Positions 24,553-37,521 of a stretch of DNA of 64,000 nt are shown piece after piece. Positions within the stretch are counted from its first letter, which is position 1, and every line of letters starts with the position of its first letter. Location of the stretch: contig CM052816.1 in NCBI GenBank assembly GCA_028534125.1, forward strand, positions 75,146,001 to 75,210,000, read 5' to 3'. The notes below the pieces were generated by a model. That model had not been told where the DNA came from. It was given only the letters and a program-made list of their open reading frames with translations, and did not search any database. The stretch is from Lama glama (lineage: Eukaryota). A program made the translations under genes and the position numbers.

Positions 24553-27161
24553 TCTATTACACCCCACAGAAGAGCTCTTCCTTGCTGTAGCATTGACATA
24601 TTTTAAAGACCAAGTCTTTGTTTAGGTCTGAGATAAGGACCACATATATAGTCAAAAGAAATATGTTATAATCTCTAAGGCCGTGTTTTAAAAAATAAGC
24701 CAGTTGGCTCTGCTCTATAACAGCCCTCTTCAGCACTTCAATTTGTTTCTGATTTATAGAAATATGGGAGGACGGAAGCTCAGGGTCAGATGACAAAAGA
24801 GACTGAGCGGAACTGATGACTAGCTAAAAGAGAGCGGGGATGTGGTTCAGATTTTCAAATTTTTGCCATTTGTCAACTTATCATAGGCTGAGAAGAAGGT
24901 TTTTAAAAATTACTTTTTAAAAACTTAGGCTCTACTTAAAAATACAAACAGAAAGGACTAGACTGTAAACGTTTCCACTTGAAGCCTTTCCAGGTATTGG
25001 AGGTACAGTACATTTAACCCATTTCCTTTTGTGGGGCTGAGCTCCTTAACTATTAAGAGAGAGAAAGGTGGGAGAGATGCCAAGGATGTTTCTTCCTTTT
25101 CTGTTGGGTTCTCTGTGAGACTCCTTTGACTATACTCAGCTGCTCCAATTTCCAGCTTCCTGTGGTATCAGATGTTTGGAAGAAAGGCAAGATCTCTTTT
25201 TAAAGACAGAAAAGGCAAGATCTGTTTAACAAAGAGTCAAAAACCCCTACTCTAATGACTTTGAAATTCGCTGCTTCTGACTCATTTCAGGGCAAGTTTC
25301 CATCTTTCTGGGTGATCCTGATGGTGCCAATCCAACTCTTACACTCAAAGCTCCCGTTCCCCTCCCCTCCTGCCTCCACAGGGCCGTCCATGGCCTCTTC
25401 ATCCTGATCGTGGAGACGAGAAGGCTTGGCATGACGCTTTCTCCTTTCGACATTTTGGGAACGACAAGGCATGGCATTGACAAGCCTTCCTAATCATGGC
25501 CCTTCGTGGAGGAGCTAAACTGGCTCCTAAGGAATAAAATGGCCAAACTAGCATTGTCAGTGGTCATAGGATCAAAGGCTCCGTGTATTGACTCGTTAAT
25601 AATGAGACCTCTTCTAATACAGGAATTTCTTTCAACATCTGCCTCAAACTCATAACTACAACCTGGCTGGTGAACTATGTTTTTACAAGAAACAAGTCAT
25701 GAACAAATATGACTCAAAGACATCTTACTCATCTAAATGGTAGAACACTTTCCTTTTCTATTGGTCACTTCTATCTGAAATGTCGTGGCCAGAAAGTAAT
25801 ATTTTAGAAAGCCTGTAAACAAACAGATAGATTTCTCAATATCTACGTAGTAAGCTCTGCACTTTTTTTATACGGTCCCTCTGAGCTTCACTTTGTGCCT
25901 GTATATTCTTTATTCTTGCAGTATACAAAATTCTAACAAGCTTAGGAGTATGGTTTCCCAGTTCATAATATATTAGAAACAATGTATCAGAAAGGGCAAA
26001 CCCATTAGAATGAGCAAGAGTCACAAAAATAATCATATTGTGATGGGGGATGCAGAGACATGTGAAAAGGCAGATTCAAGAACTACAAACAAACAAACAC
26101 TACAGTAGCCTAGAGCCATTTTGTTCATACAACTGGCCCTCTTTACTCATATTGGAAAACATTTCTGTATTACAGCCCTGCAGGGTAATCGGACGTTCAT
26201 GATGTTGACCTTGAATTGTCAGGCAAAATAAAGAGACAAACTCATGACAGAGTTTAAGAGGCAGAGAAACATTCCATGGTATTTTAGAAATATCCTCAAA
26301 TAAAATAGTTCAACTAAAATGTGTTCACTGGCTCTAAAGGAGAAGCTATGCTTACCTGGAAAATCTATGTGAAACATCGTATCTTGTAATAAAGTCAAAT
26401 AAGCTAGGTGAGTTATGTGGTGAGAGTTGAGGAGTACAGACAATACAGTCTCGATTTCATAGACATACTGAATTACTCATAACATAATAATTCCTGCAAT
26501 AAAACTTAACAATAATATATTGTCTCTGTTCCTAACATGGTTGGAGTTGGGGCTGGAGAGAGGGAGATGAGAAAAACAGGTCTCTGTCCTACACACAAAA
26601 TGTTTGCACCTGACTAGTTACCTCCAGTTGGGAAGTTGTGGGGAAGATAAATTCTCTAAACCATGTAAAATTCAGATAGTCTGATCAATAACAGATTGAA
26701 ATAATTCAGTTAGCAAATGTTTTCAGTAGAGTGGAGGAATCACATTTAAACAACCCAAACCAGGGGAAGAAAGCCTTAGCATCCCAAAAAGTTTGGATCA
26801 CCATATCTCAGTATTGGATTTGGCAGACGGAAGGGACTCAACACATGGGTTTGTTCAGATTCACCAGGTTTCTCTGAAGGAGACACCAAGGATATTTTCT
26901 TCTCCCTTGTTATTAGACTTTCCTTCATCTACTTTCTTGGATACTATGGAGATAAGTGTTCTGAAGCCACCTAGAAAGAAGCATATTAATGATTTTATTT
27001 TTAAGCATCTCTTAGTAAGAGATTTGAAAATTATTATTTGTAAGTTTATAAGTAGATATGTAACAAAGCACTGCAAATTGAATCCTCCAGACACGCTGAG
27101 TTAGCACCAAAGACCCATGAATTATAACTATTCTAAACTCAAGTCAGAAGTCCTCAAGGTT

Positions 27162-27337
27162 GATGAACAAGATTATACTGTATAGCACAGGGAACTATAT
27201 TCAATATCTTGTAGTAACTCATGGTGAAAAAGAATATGAAAAAGAATATATGTATATTCCTATATGAGTGAAGTATTGTGCTGTTCCCCAGAAACTGACA
27301 CAACATTGTAAACTGACTATACTTCAATTAAAATAAA
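27162..27337 (+). mobile_element. 5'-truncated L1 3' end
   Basis: 'ctgtatagcacagggaactatattcaatatcttg...ctatacttcaattaaaataaaa'. TSD agaagtcctca at 27146-27156 and 27338-27348. Confidence 0.9.
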
Positions 27338-28209
27338 AGAAGTCCTCAGGATTCCTCACTTACCTCTGCTTCCCAGCTTTCACTCCCAAAGATGAGCCAT
27401 ATTTTCCATTGATCACATTGTTTTAAGCTCTCTCACAGCCTGTGGTGGGGGCCATGAGGTGCTGGTGAGGCTCAGGCAGTGTCTCTTCTATCACCAATTT
27501 GGGGAGCTTAGCACAGGCTATTCAGAGTCCCAGGGTCCCAGTCATCACAAATCTTTTTTATAAAGCCTCTGTCTCTCCAGAGGGATGAGCATCTATAGTG
27601 ATGTGAGAAAGGGGAGGGAGCTAGTGAGGACAACTTGGGTCCTTCTGAAAATTCAAAGAATCCTTAGGAGTGTGTGACAAAGATTTGCTAATGCATAAAA
27701 GATCTTTCCATTCAGTGATGTCTCACCTCACTCCTACTTGTGCAGGTCAGTATTCCCTTTATAGCTCTGTGCCACAAATTCAGTGGGTACTCCTTAATTT
27801 CAGGCCCATGCCTCTACTGGTTATTATGGCTGCCCTTTACAGCAGTTCTTTTCCTAACTCTGACTTCATTGATAAAAGCCCATGTCTTTTTCCATATCTG
27901 GTTCATCTACTTTGGGAGGAAGTTGGCTCCTGGAATCCAGCCCCAATATGACTCTGTGAAATATGAGAGACCACCTTCTGCCCACTCCAAAGCAATGACT
28001 GCATTGTCCTCGGAGTCAACCTGAGTTATTGTATACTACCTCAGACTGTGCCCAGATGCTTTCTACTCATGACTGATGGAGGGTTATAGCTCAAAATGAT
28101 GACTGGAAATAACTACTGTGGAATTTTTTAAGACATGATAGCGTTTAAAGCAATTTCATATGCTTGATCTGTTGTGAACCTCAAAACAGTCTTGTGTAGA
28201 AAGTAGTAC

Positions 28210-28641
28210 AGTTACTGAGTTCAAACTCGTTCTGCTTGCCACATGGCAGGCCAATAAATCGGGAGAAGAGGTGCTGGGGCAAGGAATCGCGAATTTATTC
28301 GGAAAGCTGGCAGACCGAGAGGATGGCAGACTAACGTCTTGGAGAACCATCCTGGTCCAGTCAGAGTACCGGCTCCTTTTATACAAACAAACAGGGGAGG
28401 GGGTGTGGTTGGTTGTTGCAGACTTCTTGGTGTGGGAATTCTTGGTCCCTGCAGCTGTCCACGTGGGCCAGCTCATGGTGCTCCTGCAAAACCTCCAACA
28501 AAACAAATGTTATTCTCTGTTCTGCAACTTGTTATCTTTATGGAGTGCAGAGCTAGCAAGACTAAGCCGAGAACACAGGGCACGGTGGTCAAAGCCACAG
28601 GAACAGACCTAGTAGAGTCAGATCCGTTCTCCTCCATTGGA
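28210..28641 (-). mobile_element. ERV1-class solo LTR inserted in a MIR
   Basis: 'gttactgagttcaaactcgttctgcttgccac...ggccaataaatcg...tttattcggaaagc' resembles antisense laurasiatherian ERV1 LTRs. Flanked by gtac/gtac (agtacag repeat). MIR sequence continues on both sides (about 28150-28205 and 28650-28745). Confidence 0.8.
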
Positions 28642-31600
28642 GTACAGGCATTAGTTAGTTTTGTCATCCTTACTTTAGGGAGGAAGAAGCTGAAAGAGTG
28701 ACTTATCCAAAGTCACAGGCCTAGGAGCTGGCAGAAGGAAAAGTCTGATTGTTCCATCTTGTCTGCTTCCGGCTGCTGCCTCTCTGGGCCATTGTTGAGC
28801 ATCAGGTGATGCCGTGATATGACAACAACAACGACAACAAATAAATGTTGTCCCTTGGATGTGAAGGTGATGGTGTGGATTCCAGGAAAAGTGGGTGTGA
28901 AACTGTTCATCTTCTAGTTTCCCATGTCATTGGCAGGTATTTCCGAACTCTTTGGGATTCATGAGAAATGAAACCTTGAAATGAGGTAAAACTAACTGGT
29001 CTTTTTGGTAGTGAAGCCTTTGATCTGATTGGCATTGGGCTCTCTCTCTAATCGAGAGGACAGTCATGTAAGTAATAGATTAATAAGCTGCTTTCATTAA
29101 AGGGTAGAGGAAACTAGAAAATGCCTACAAATGTGTGACATGCCCAATTAAAACTATGCTCTGTGCCCTTTCCTATTATAAATTTGATAAAATGAGTGAG
29201 TTTAATTTATATATCGTTCCTTTGGAGCAGAAATTCTGGAATGAAACCAGCAAAGGCAACACACAGGTGACTGCGTGTTGCCGGGACGCCTGCCCACCCC
29301 CACCCCCCTGCCACTGCTCGCCTATACGTGTTACAAGCACATTTCAAAGGACTCGTAACTTCCACACTCCTGTGGTCCTGCCAGCTCAATTAGAGGGGCC
29401 AGCCTGGCCTTTTTCATTGGGCCCTTTGATATCGGTGGGGATCTTAGGGTTGAATGAGAGAATAGAATGAGAAGCTGGTTCCAGGGGAATGTTTGATCTC
29501 AGAGTTGGGTCACGGTGAGAGCAGACACCGCCTGTGAGGACAGTTTCATGCCAACTGAGGCGATCAGTCTCTTCCAGGCTGACTGCAGTTGAACGCAGGC
29601 ATTTACCTTAGCTAACCCCTGAATGACTGTGTATCAGCAATGAGCACACTCTGTGAGGCTGGAGTTCCAATCAGGCCAGGTCTGCTCTCTGAAGCAGGAG
29701 ACTTGCTCAGGGTCTGTATTCAGGCTTCCTGCTAAAAGTGTTCCAGAGCAGAGGTGGACCGTGGAGCAGACTCCAGATCCCCACTGCTGCTTCCACTCAG
29801 ATCCTGAGAGGACTGGCCTTTTCTCCCACTGACTATTTTAACCGGGAGAAGAAAGAAATGGAGAGAGATGAAGAAATGAAGAGAAACAGGGCACAAGGGC
29901 AGAAAGAGGGATGGAAAATGCGGCAGGTGTCTGGGGGGCTTGTATACCTGGGCCAAAAACAAATGCTAAAACAAGGCCCCATGCAAAAAAAGAGACTCTC
30001 TTCTTCCTTTGTACCCTTGATCTCAGACAATCAAATTTCTTTCAGTACAATCTTTACTGTCACGCACAAATATACACTCAAGATTTAGCTCACTACCTCT
30101 AGTCCTTAGAACACCATTAGTGAGGACAATTGGGTTCCCAGAGTGCTTGGTGAAAAAGCAAAGTGCCCATCCCCCAGTGAGCTTCAAGGCCTGCTTTCTC
30201 CTCCTCCTGTGCTCTGTATAACCACTCAGGCTGCACAGAGCCACTCTCCGGCTGAGGTACCACTGGTATATCTGAAGCAGGTCTCCCTCTGAGGTAGAGC
30301 CATATACACAGAGCTGGCCTCCATCTGATGTCCACAGCACATACAGAGCCAGCCTCTCTTTGAGGTACTTAAGTAGAAAACGATAAATGTACAGAATAAG
30401 GAAAGGAAGAAGGAATGATGCTTCTCTCCATCTCTATTTGTTCCAATTTTCAGAAGCAAACAGAAGACTGAAATGTGAGAGAAGTAAATAGATACTGCAT
30501 TTATCATTAAAATTAAGGAATTTAATTACAATTTGTCATTAAAAAGTTAAGGAAACCATAACTTTGGAACCATTTCTGCTATAAAACAAGGGCTCAGTGT
30601 CCTAATAAATGTGACTTACGGTTCAACAACTGACATTAAGAAGACAGAGGAAAACAACAAATTATGGTCCATTTCAACTTGAACTTATGGAAAATCATGG
30701 CGACTCACCTCCAGGAAAAAGGGAACTTCAGGAATATTTTTGGCTATCCTGGACTGGGAGGATTAGAGTTTTGCCTGAATCAAATGGCATTAGTGACAGT
30801 CAAATTGTGTCATTTAGAACTACTACCAGGAGATGACAGAGACCATCTCCAATGTGGTCTGCAAGATTTGGGGGAAACATTTGTGTCTGTAACAATGCAT
30901 GGTGCTCTGTATGATCCACATGATTTGTTTTCATTTTCAAAATGTAGTGCTCTGCTGAGACAGAACTGAAGGAATAAATTATTTTCTCTAGTTAATGCCT
31001 CAGGTCAGACACCTTCCTGAATTAAGTATTGTTGCTAGCAGGACTGCCTAAAAGCGTAATTCATGACTCATGGGCACATATGGCAAAGATATTTAAAACA
31101 AGGCTCGGGTGTGGAGTTCCATTTATACCTATGGTGCCATTAGCACTAATGAGGGCTTCACAGTGAAGACTGATTAAGCCTGGGTGCTTCTAGCCACACC
31201 TAAGGGAGATGTAGAACATCTATGAACAGGAAGTCATATTACTGGGTTACTTTTACGAAAATAGAAAAGAAAAATATAGTGTTACCCTTTTCCAGATACA
31301 GAAAAATAGAGAAATATCAACTTACTGTTGCTTACTGTCTTTTTTTTTTTAACCATACTTTGTTAGAACCAGAAGGCATGATGGGATGTGAGCAAAGCCT
31401 GGGTTCAGAGAGGACCTCTGGGTGTCATCCAGACCCAGAATCCATAGGGATACATCAATTTCGGTGGAGCTGAAGTAGGGATATCTTATCCCAGGGAGGG
31501 CCCAGTAGGATGGAAATCCCCGAGGCTATGTTTGAAACTTCAGAGGCCACGTGGACATCAACGTGGTTCTAGAGATGGGACCATGGCAGGGGAAGCCCAT

Positions 31601-31774
31601 TAATAAGATCTATGGGAGGACTCAGAGCCTCCATAAGTAATCAGTATCCTTTCCAAGGTTTTATCCCAACAGCTCCTGCCTTCTCTGTGCTTTTATTTTG
31701 CAACTATACCACCCCATAGGATCAGGGCAAGATCGAATATGAGCTGAAGAAGATTTTCCAATCTGATGTCAGAT

Positions 31775-32357
31775 AAGGGCTGGGACTAAGATGAAACAAG
31801 TGAGGAGATTCCTGCAAATGCAAGGTCAGATATCTTTCTTTATTTAAAACTTTATTTAAAAAAATCTAGGGAACTATATTCAATATCTTGTAGTAACCTA
31901 TAATGAAAAAGAATATGAAAATGAATCTATGTATGTATATGTATGACTAAAGCATTATGCCATACAACAGAAACTGATACAACATTGTAAACTGACTATA
32001 CTTCAATTAAAAAATAAATGAATAAATGCACAAATAAATCCATTAAAAAAAAGCATCACTTAGTTGTTTAAATGCAAAATGTCTGTTGATTATTATTATT
32101 GGCTGTGTAATTTAGTGGAGACCTCATTCTTATTACATTTCAATGTTTATAAACTAATGAATTCAGAATCAATTCATTTCTTAATAAATCCAACATAATT
32201 AAAAAAAGATACAACTTTATATTTTGTTCATCAAGGCGATAGCATTTCTAAAAATATTGCATAAAAATATTTATCTTGATTATTGTGTTTTTTGGAACAC
32301 CCTTAAGTTTTGTGCCAGAGGTGAGTGCCTCACCTGCATCACTTTAGTTCCATGTTG
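31775..32357 (+). mobile_element. MER96B-like hAT DNA transposon split by an insertion of about 360 bp
   Basis: Left end 'agggctgggactaagatgaaacaagtgagg', right end 'ccttaagttttgtgccagaggtgagtgcctcacctgcatcactttagttcc' (diverged TIRs). Confidence 0.75.
31856..32212 (+). mobile_element. L1 3' end with A-rich tail plus about 150 nt of extra sequence and a second A tail (probable 3' transduction)
   Basis: L1 at 31868-32010, tail to about 32052, unique sequence 32053-32200 with AATAAA at 32183, A7 at 32201. Flanking repeat aactttat at 31848-31855 and 32213-32220. Confidence 0.75.
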
Positions 32358-33135
32358 TGATCCTTGCTTTGTCTTAAGACATGATTTAAACAGCAACAGC
32401 CCAAAGTGCTTTTCTCCAGTGGGTGCCCATGGAGTTAGGGAATGGTATCTTCAGCGGGTGTGGGACAGACATTTCCTGTCCCAGCACCTGGATGAGATGG
32501 TGAGAAATCACCAAATTTCTGTGGGTTTGGATTCTGTTAAGCATTGATTATCTCCTCAAGGGCATATTTACACATGAAGTTTAGCTAAAATCAGTTGAAT
32601 GTCCTTAAAAGTTGACACCAAGCCCAGTCATGTTTTGATTTAGCACTGAAAAAATAAAAAAAGAATCCATTGTTCTTGGACTGAAATTAATCCAGCCATT
32701 TTTATCACCCTCCATTTGCTTGGCAATGAAAAAGTCTTTCTGAAGCATATACATGATAAATGGTTCAAAAATAATTTGAGTTATTAAATGAGTTTGCACC
32801 TAATAAAATAGAAACGTGGCAGCCAGGAACACTTTTCTGTAGAGAAATAGGAAATCAAGTCCACAGGAGGACAGGCAGCTCAGGGTTGCTTCTTGCTCTG
32901 CAGCCTGTGTTCAATCCCCACTGCGGTTAATAGCCATTGGGCCTTCCCAGGTTGAGGCTGGGTCTGGGACAAGTGTGAACACTGTCAAGATGTTTCTTTT
33001 TCGTAATAACCTTCAACCTCTTCCCTTTTACATTTGACCCACCGCTTTAGCATCCTGCCTTGAGGATCCTGTATATTCCAGCCTGAAACCTGCCCTTCAG
33101 ATAGATGCCTCCCTTGGTTTCCTATCTCTCCCTCC

Positions 33136-33350
33136 ATCAGTCAGGATTGCATTTGGCTGGAGGTAATAAAGCCCCAACTATACTGGCTTGTTCAAACAGG
33201 AGTCTGTTTTCTCATGTCCAAAGGTAGGCAGTTCATGCCTAGTAAGGATTATTTTAATCTGGGTCTATTGTTACCCCTAAACTAAACTGGATTACCAAAA
33301 AAAGAGGAAGAAAATGACTATGGGTTAGACAAATAGTATCTACCACCCAC
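33136..33350 (-). mobile_element. Old MLT1 (J/N-like) MaLR LTR fragment
   Basis: 'atcagtcaggattgcatttggctg...tggcttgttcaaacaggagtctgttttctca...aggtaggcagttca'. Confidence 0.5.
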
Positions 33351-34016
33351 TCCATTACAGCTAGCTGTTCAATGCCCTGTTCTTAAAACAATTAATTTCA
33401 TCTCAGAGAGACATCAGAAAATCTGTTCTATATGCTTGAAGATATATCATCTCATTTAATTTCCCCGGCTTTCTTGTAGTAATTATTTTTACTTCACAGC
33501 TGAAGAATCAGAAGCCTAACAAAAATAAATGGTTTGCTTCAAGTTACATAGTGCATATGATAAGAGCAAGAATTCAAAGAATCAAGAGTTCAATTTAATC
33601 TTTGGTTTTAGGGCTAATAGTCTTTCTATTTTATTAGTGTGATAAATAGATCTGTGCCTTTACATTAATGGTCTTTAGTGTAGTAGTTGGAATTTTGTCT
33701 ACTTCTTTTGGTGGTCAGTAGTTTCTATCAGAGGAATGATTCTAATCATGGGAATTTAAGAATTGGATGCCTTTGAACAGGCAGGATATAGGCCTCAGCT
33801 GATGCCAAAGGCCTTGAAATAATTCTAAAATGGATTTTTATGAGGGATGCTGACAATATTTTTTTTTTTTTGGTGGCCCAATATGAATCAGGACAAAGTG
33901 GAGTGTTTAAAAGCACTGCTTATTTAATCCTTGGCTAAATCAGCAACTGCTGAAAGATTATGAGGTTTAACCACTAGCAGAAGGAAAGTACATTTACAGT
34001 TAGCTGATCACAAACT

Positions 34017-34625
34017 CATGACTTGAAAGGTATTATGCTAAGTGAAATAAGCCAGACAGAGAAAGACAAATACTGCATGCTATCACTTATATGCGGAATC
34101 TAAAAGAATGTTCAACTTGTACAGAGAGTAGAAAAGTGGTTGCCAGGGGCTGGCGTTAGGGAAATGGAGAGATTGATAAAAGGTACAAACTTTCAGTTAC
34201 AGGATGAATAAGGTCTGAGGATCTAATGTGTAACATGGTGACTACAGTTGGTAACACTGAATTATAGAATTGAAATCTGCCTAAGAGAGTAGAACTTAGA
34301 TGTTCTCACCAAAAAAAAAAAAGTAATTATGTGAAGTCATGGATGTGTTAATTAAGTCAATGGGGGGAATCCTCTCACAATGTGTATCATAGCATTAAGT
34401 TGTACACTCTAAGTAGCTTACCATTTTATTTCATTATTTGTTTATTTATTTTTTTAGGATATTTTGGGGAGGTAGTAATTAGATTTGCTTGTTTGTTTTG
34501 GAGGAGGTACCAGGGATTGAACCCAGGACCTCGTGCATGCTGAGCGTGCACTCTACCACGTGAGCTGTACCCCTGCATTTCATTTGTTAATCACACATCA
34601 ATAAAGCTAAGAAAATTTTAAAAAT
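34017..34625 (+). mobile_element. L1MA9-like 3' end, interrupted by a SINE
   Basis: 'tattatgctaagtgaaataagccagacagagaaagacaaatactg...ggtacaaactttcagtta...atcaataaagct'. Confidence 0.9.
34432..34575 (-). mobile_element. Vic-1-type camelid SINE (tRNA-Ala derived)
   Basis: Minus strand reads ggggtacagctcacgtggtagagtgcacgctcagcatgcacgaggtcctgggttcaatccctggtacctcc (A and B boxes), then ctaattactacctcccc and an A-rich tail. TSD cattt(t/c)attt. Confidence 0.9.
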
Positions 34626-35719
34626 AAAAAAGACAAGAAAACCTTCATTGTCATAAGACCAATTATGCAAAGATTTATTTTTATTTTATAAGCTATTTCT
34701 CCAAAATATGGAACATGTAATTTAGGGATGTGGCCACCCTCCATCATAATGGAGTCACATTCATAAGTAGAACGACAGTCTCAATAAAAAAAAGTTTAAC
34801 CATTTATTAAGACAGTTAAACTGAAATAAATATTACCCATTACACTGTGCACATTTTTAGAAGAATAAGGGTTTTGGAAATAATAATTATTGAGATGATC
34901 TTCCTCTTACTGCTAGAGGATCTCAAGATTGCTTTACTAAGCTTCAGAGCATCTCATGTCCTTCATGGGGTTTACATTTAATTTGCATGGAAGTCCTTCT
35001 AGCTGAGAAAATCTGTTTCTCTTCTCTGTAACATGTTTCTGTTGAAGGGACTTGGATGCAAAATCTCAGCCATGTTTAGATTTTATTTTTCAAACATGTT
35101 TAAGCATAGCATAAATCCTCAAAACAGACATATTAAGTGGTTTTCAACCTGTGAGTTTTTAACTGATTTCACCAATGACATTCTCAGTTTGGGTTTCATT
35201 GATTTTATTTTTATAGTGGGTCAACATTGTTAGGCTAGTACTATCCCTGAAGGACAGAATGTTTAAAATTACATTTATTTCTGACAAGAAACCAGGATCA
35301 CTTTCATATTTTGATTGATTTGAGAAAACACTAGATTTCTTGACAAATTTTTGAGTAAATTCTTATTATTAGAGATGCTCAAGTAATGACTTCTATTTTA
35401 CCATTTCAAGTTTACCATTTACCATTTCAAGTTTCTTTTTTTTTCTCCACTTGCAACCACTGTGGGTTTTTTCCCCCTAGAATGTGTTTTCCTTTTTCAG
35501 TTTTTCCAGCTAATTCTTCCTTCTTCCTCCTCCTCTAACCCCTGCTCCGTCCCTGCCTTCCCCCAGCACACACTCCCTCTCTTCACACCCTCCACTCTTA
35601 AAGCACAGCCTTCACCTCACATGCAGCCTCAAGCCCCGTTCTTTGCATTATTCTGAAGACTTCGGTGCTTCACATTTTCTTGTTTGATGCCCAATAACAA
35701 AATGCCATTAAAAGTATCT

Positions 35720-36720
35720 TTTTTCCTTCCAGCTTTATTAATATACAAATTATTTATTAATATACAAAGTTGTATATTTAAAGTATACAACATATTTTTT
35801 ATTTTTAAAATTTTTTCTATTGAACTGTAGTTGATTTACAATGTTGTGTTAGTTTCTGGTGTACAGCATAGTGATTCAGTTATATATATATACACATACA
35901 TACATATATTCTTTTTCAGATTCTTTTTCATTATAGGTTATTACAAGATATCGAACACAGTCCTCTGTGCTATACAGTAGAACATTGTTACAATATGATG
36001 TTTTGATAAATGTGTACATTGTGACATGATAATCACAATCACATTAATTAACATGTCTACCACCTCACATGGTTACCATTTTGTGTGTGTGTGGTGAGAA
36101 CACTTACAATCTACTCTCTTAGCACAGTGCAAGTATACAATCCAGTCTTATTTACTATAGGACCATGCTGCAGATTTGAGCTGTAGAACTCATAATGGGA
36201 AGCTTGTACCGTTTGACCAATTCTCCACTTTTCCCTAACACATAAGCTCCAGGCCACCACCATTCTGCTCTTCCCATGAGTTTTACTCTTCTAGACTCAA
36301 CATGTTAGTGAGATGATACAGTATTTACCTTTCTCTGTCTAGTGGATTTCACTTAGCATATGTTTTCTGGGTTCACCCATGTTGTTGCAAATGGCAGGAT
36401 TTCTTTCTTCTTCTGTGGCTGAATAATACTCCATTGTATATATTTTCTTTATCCATTTTTTTTATCCATTCATCCATCACTGGACTCTAAGGTTGTTTCC
36501 ACATCCTGGCTATTGTGAATAACGTGGCAACAAAAATTATCCTCTTTGAGATGTTGATATCATTTCCTTCCGATACACACCCAAAAGTGGGATTGCTGGA
36601 TTATACGGTAGTTCTATTTTTAATTTTTTGAAGAACCTCCATACTCTTTTCCATAATGGCTGAACCAATTTACATTCCCATCAACAGTGTACAACAGTTG
36701 TGTTTTCTTTACATCCTTGA
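35720..36720 (-). mobile_element. L1MA9/L1MB-like 3' kilobase with a younger L1 3' end nested at about 35794-35988
   Basis: 'ttccttccagctttatt' terminus; 'ttgtttccacatcctggctattgtgaataa' and 'cccatcaacagtgtacaa' are ORF2 antisense. The nested copy is flanked by tacaa(c/t)at. Confidence 0.9.
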
Positions 36721-37428
36721 TTTTTAATCCTTTATTTTTGAAGTTAAATTTAAAAAAATTATATATATTGGCAAAGGAATGGCTACTTTTCATTTAAATA
36801 AGTTAAAAGAAAAAGGGTGGAAAGTAACTGAAAATAGTTCTCTACCTAAGCAATCAATCTTTGTCTTGTTCTAAAAGTATCTAGGACTTGAATCAAAAGG
36901 GGTGAGCTGCTCTTTCAGGATGCTAACGATTCTCAGAGCAGAATCTTATTGACTGGTTGTTTGGAAGAAATCTCCTCATGTCCTCCAAAAGTAGTTTAAG
37001 TGTATGTGAGGGGAAGTCTGGGTGTGCGTTATTACGTTAGACAGCGGATGGCATGGTTTTACTGATGATACGAAGAGATCACATGTCCCTCTGAAGGGAA
37101 TTTATTGCCATTCTTCAAGCTGATGCTTTAAATATAAGAATATTTGTTATTTACAGTCAGGTAATGTTTAAATAAATCAATTGTGCCACTTTATTATGCA
37201 ATTGCAATAAATTCCAGGCCTTTACATGTCCCCCAGGCTTAAGTTTAGCCCTCAGAGTCGTCTTTAAGCAATTTCACTGCCTTCCTTCTTTTCTGGATTG
37301 ATTTGGGTAAATAATGGCATGGTCTTTGGTAGACAGGGTTGCCCTGGGAGCTGCATGCTCGTGTGATAATGCCTCTTTTGCCACCACTGGCTGACATTTC
37401 TCTTTTTCCTTAATGTCCTGGCATCTTT

Positions 37429-37521
37429 TTTTTTTTTACATATAAACTTTTTTTATTGAGTTATAGTCATTTTACAACGTTGTGTCAAATTCCAGTGTAG
37501 AGCACAATTTTTCAGTTATAC
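37429..37521 (-). mobile_element. Very short young L1 3' tip with 17-bp TSD
   Basis: TSD aatgt(c/t)ctggcatcttt at 37412-37428 and 37522-37538. Body is nearly identical to about 1140-1210. Confidence 0.92.

Noticed and set aside
28156..28701. Several overlapping 113-120 aa ORFs
   Set aside because: They lie almost entirely within a GC-richer solo LTR and show no gag, pol or env similarity.
34500..34575. tRNA-Ala-like sequence on the minus strand
   Set aside because: It continues into a SINE body and A-rich tail with a TSD and has substitutions in the stems, so it is a Vic-1 SINE head and not a tRNA gene.
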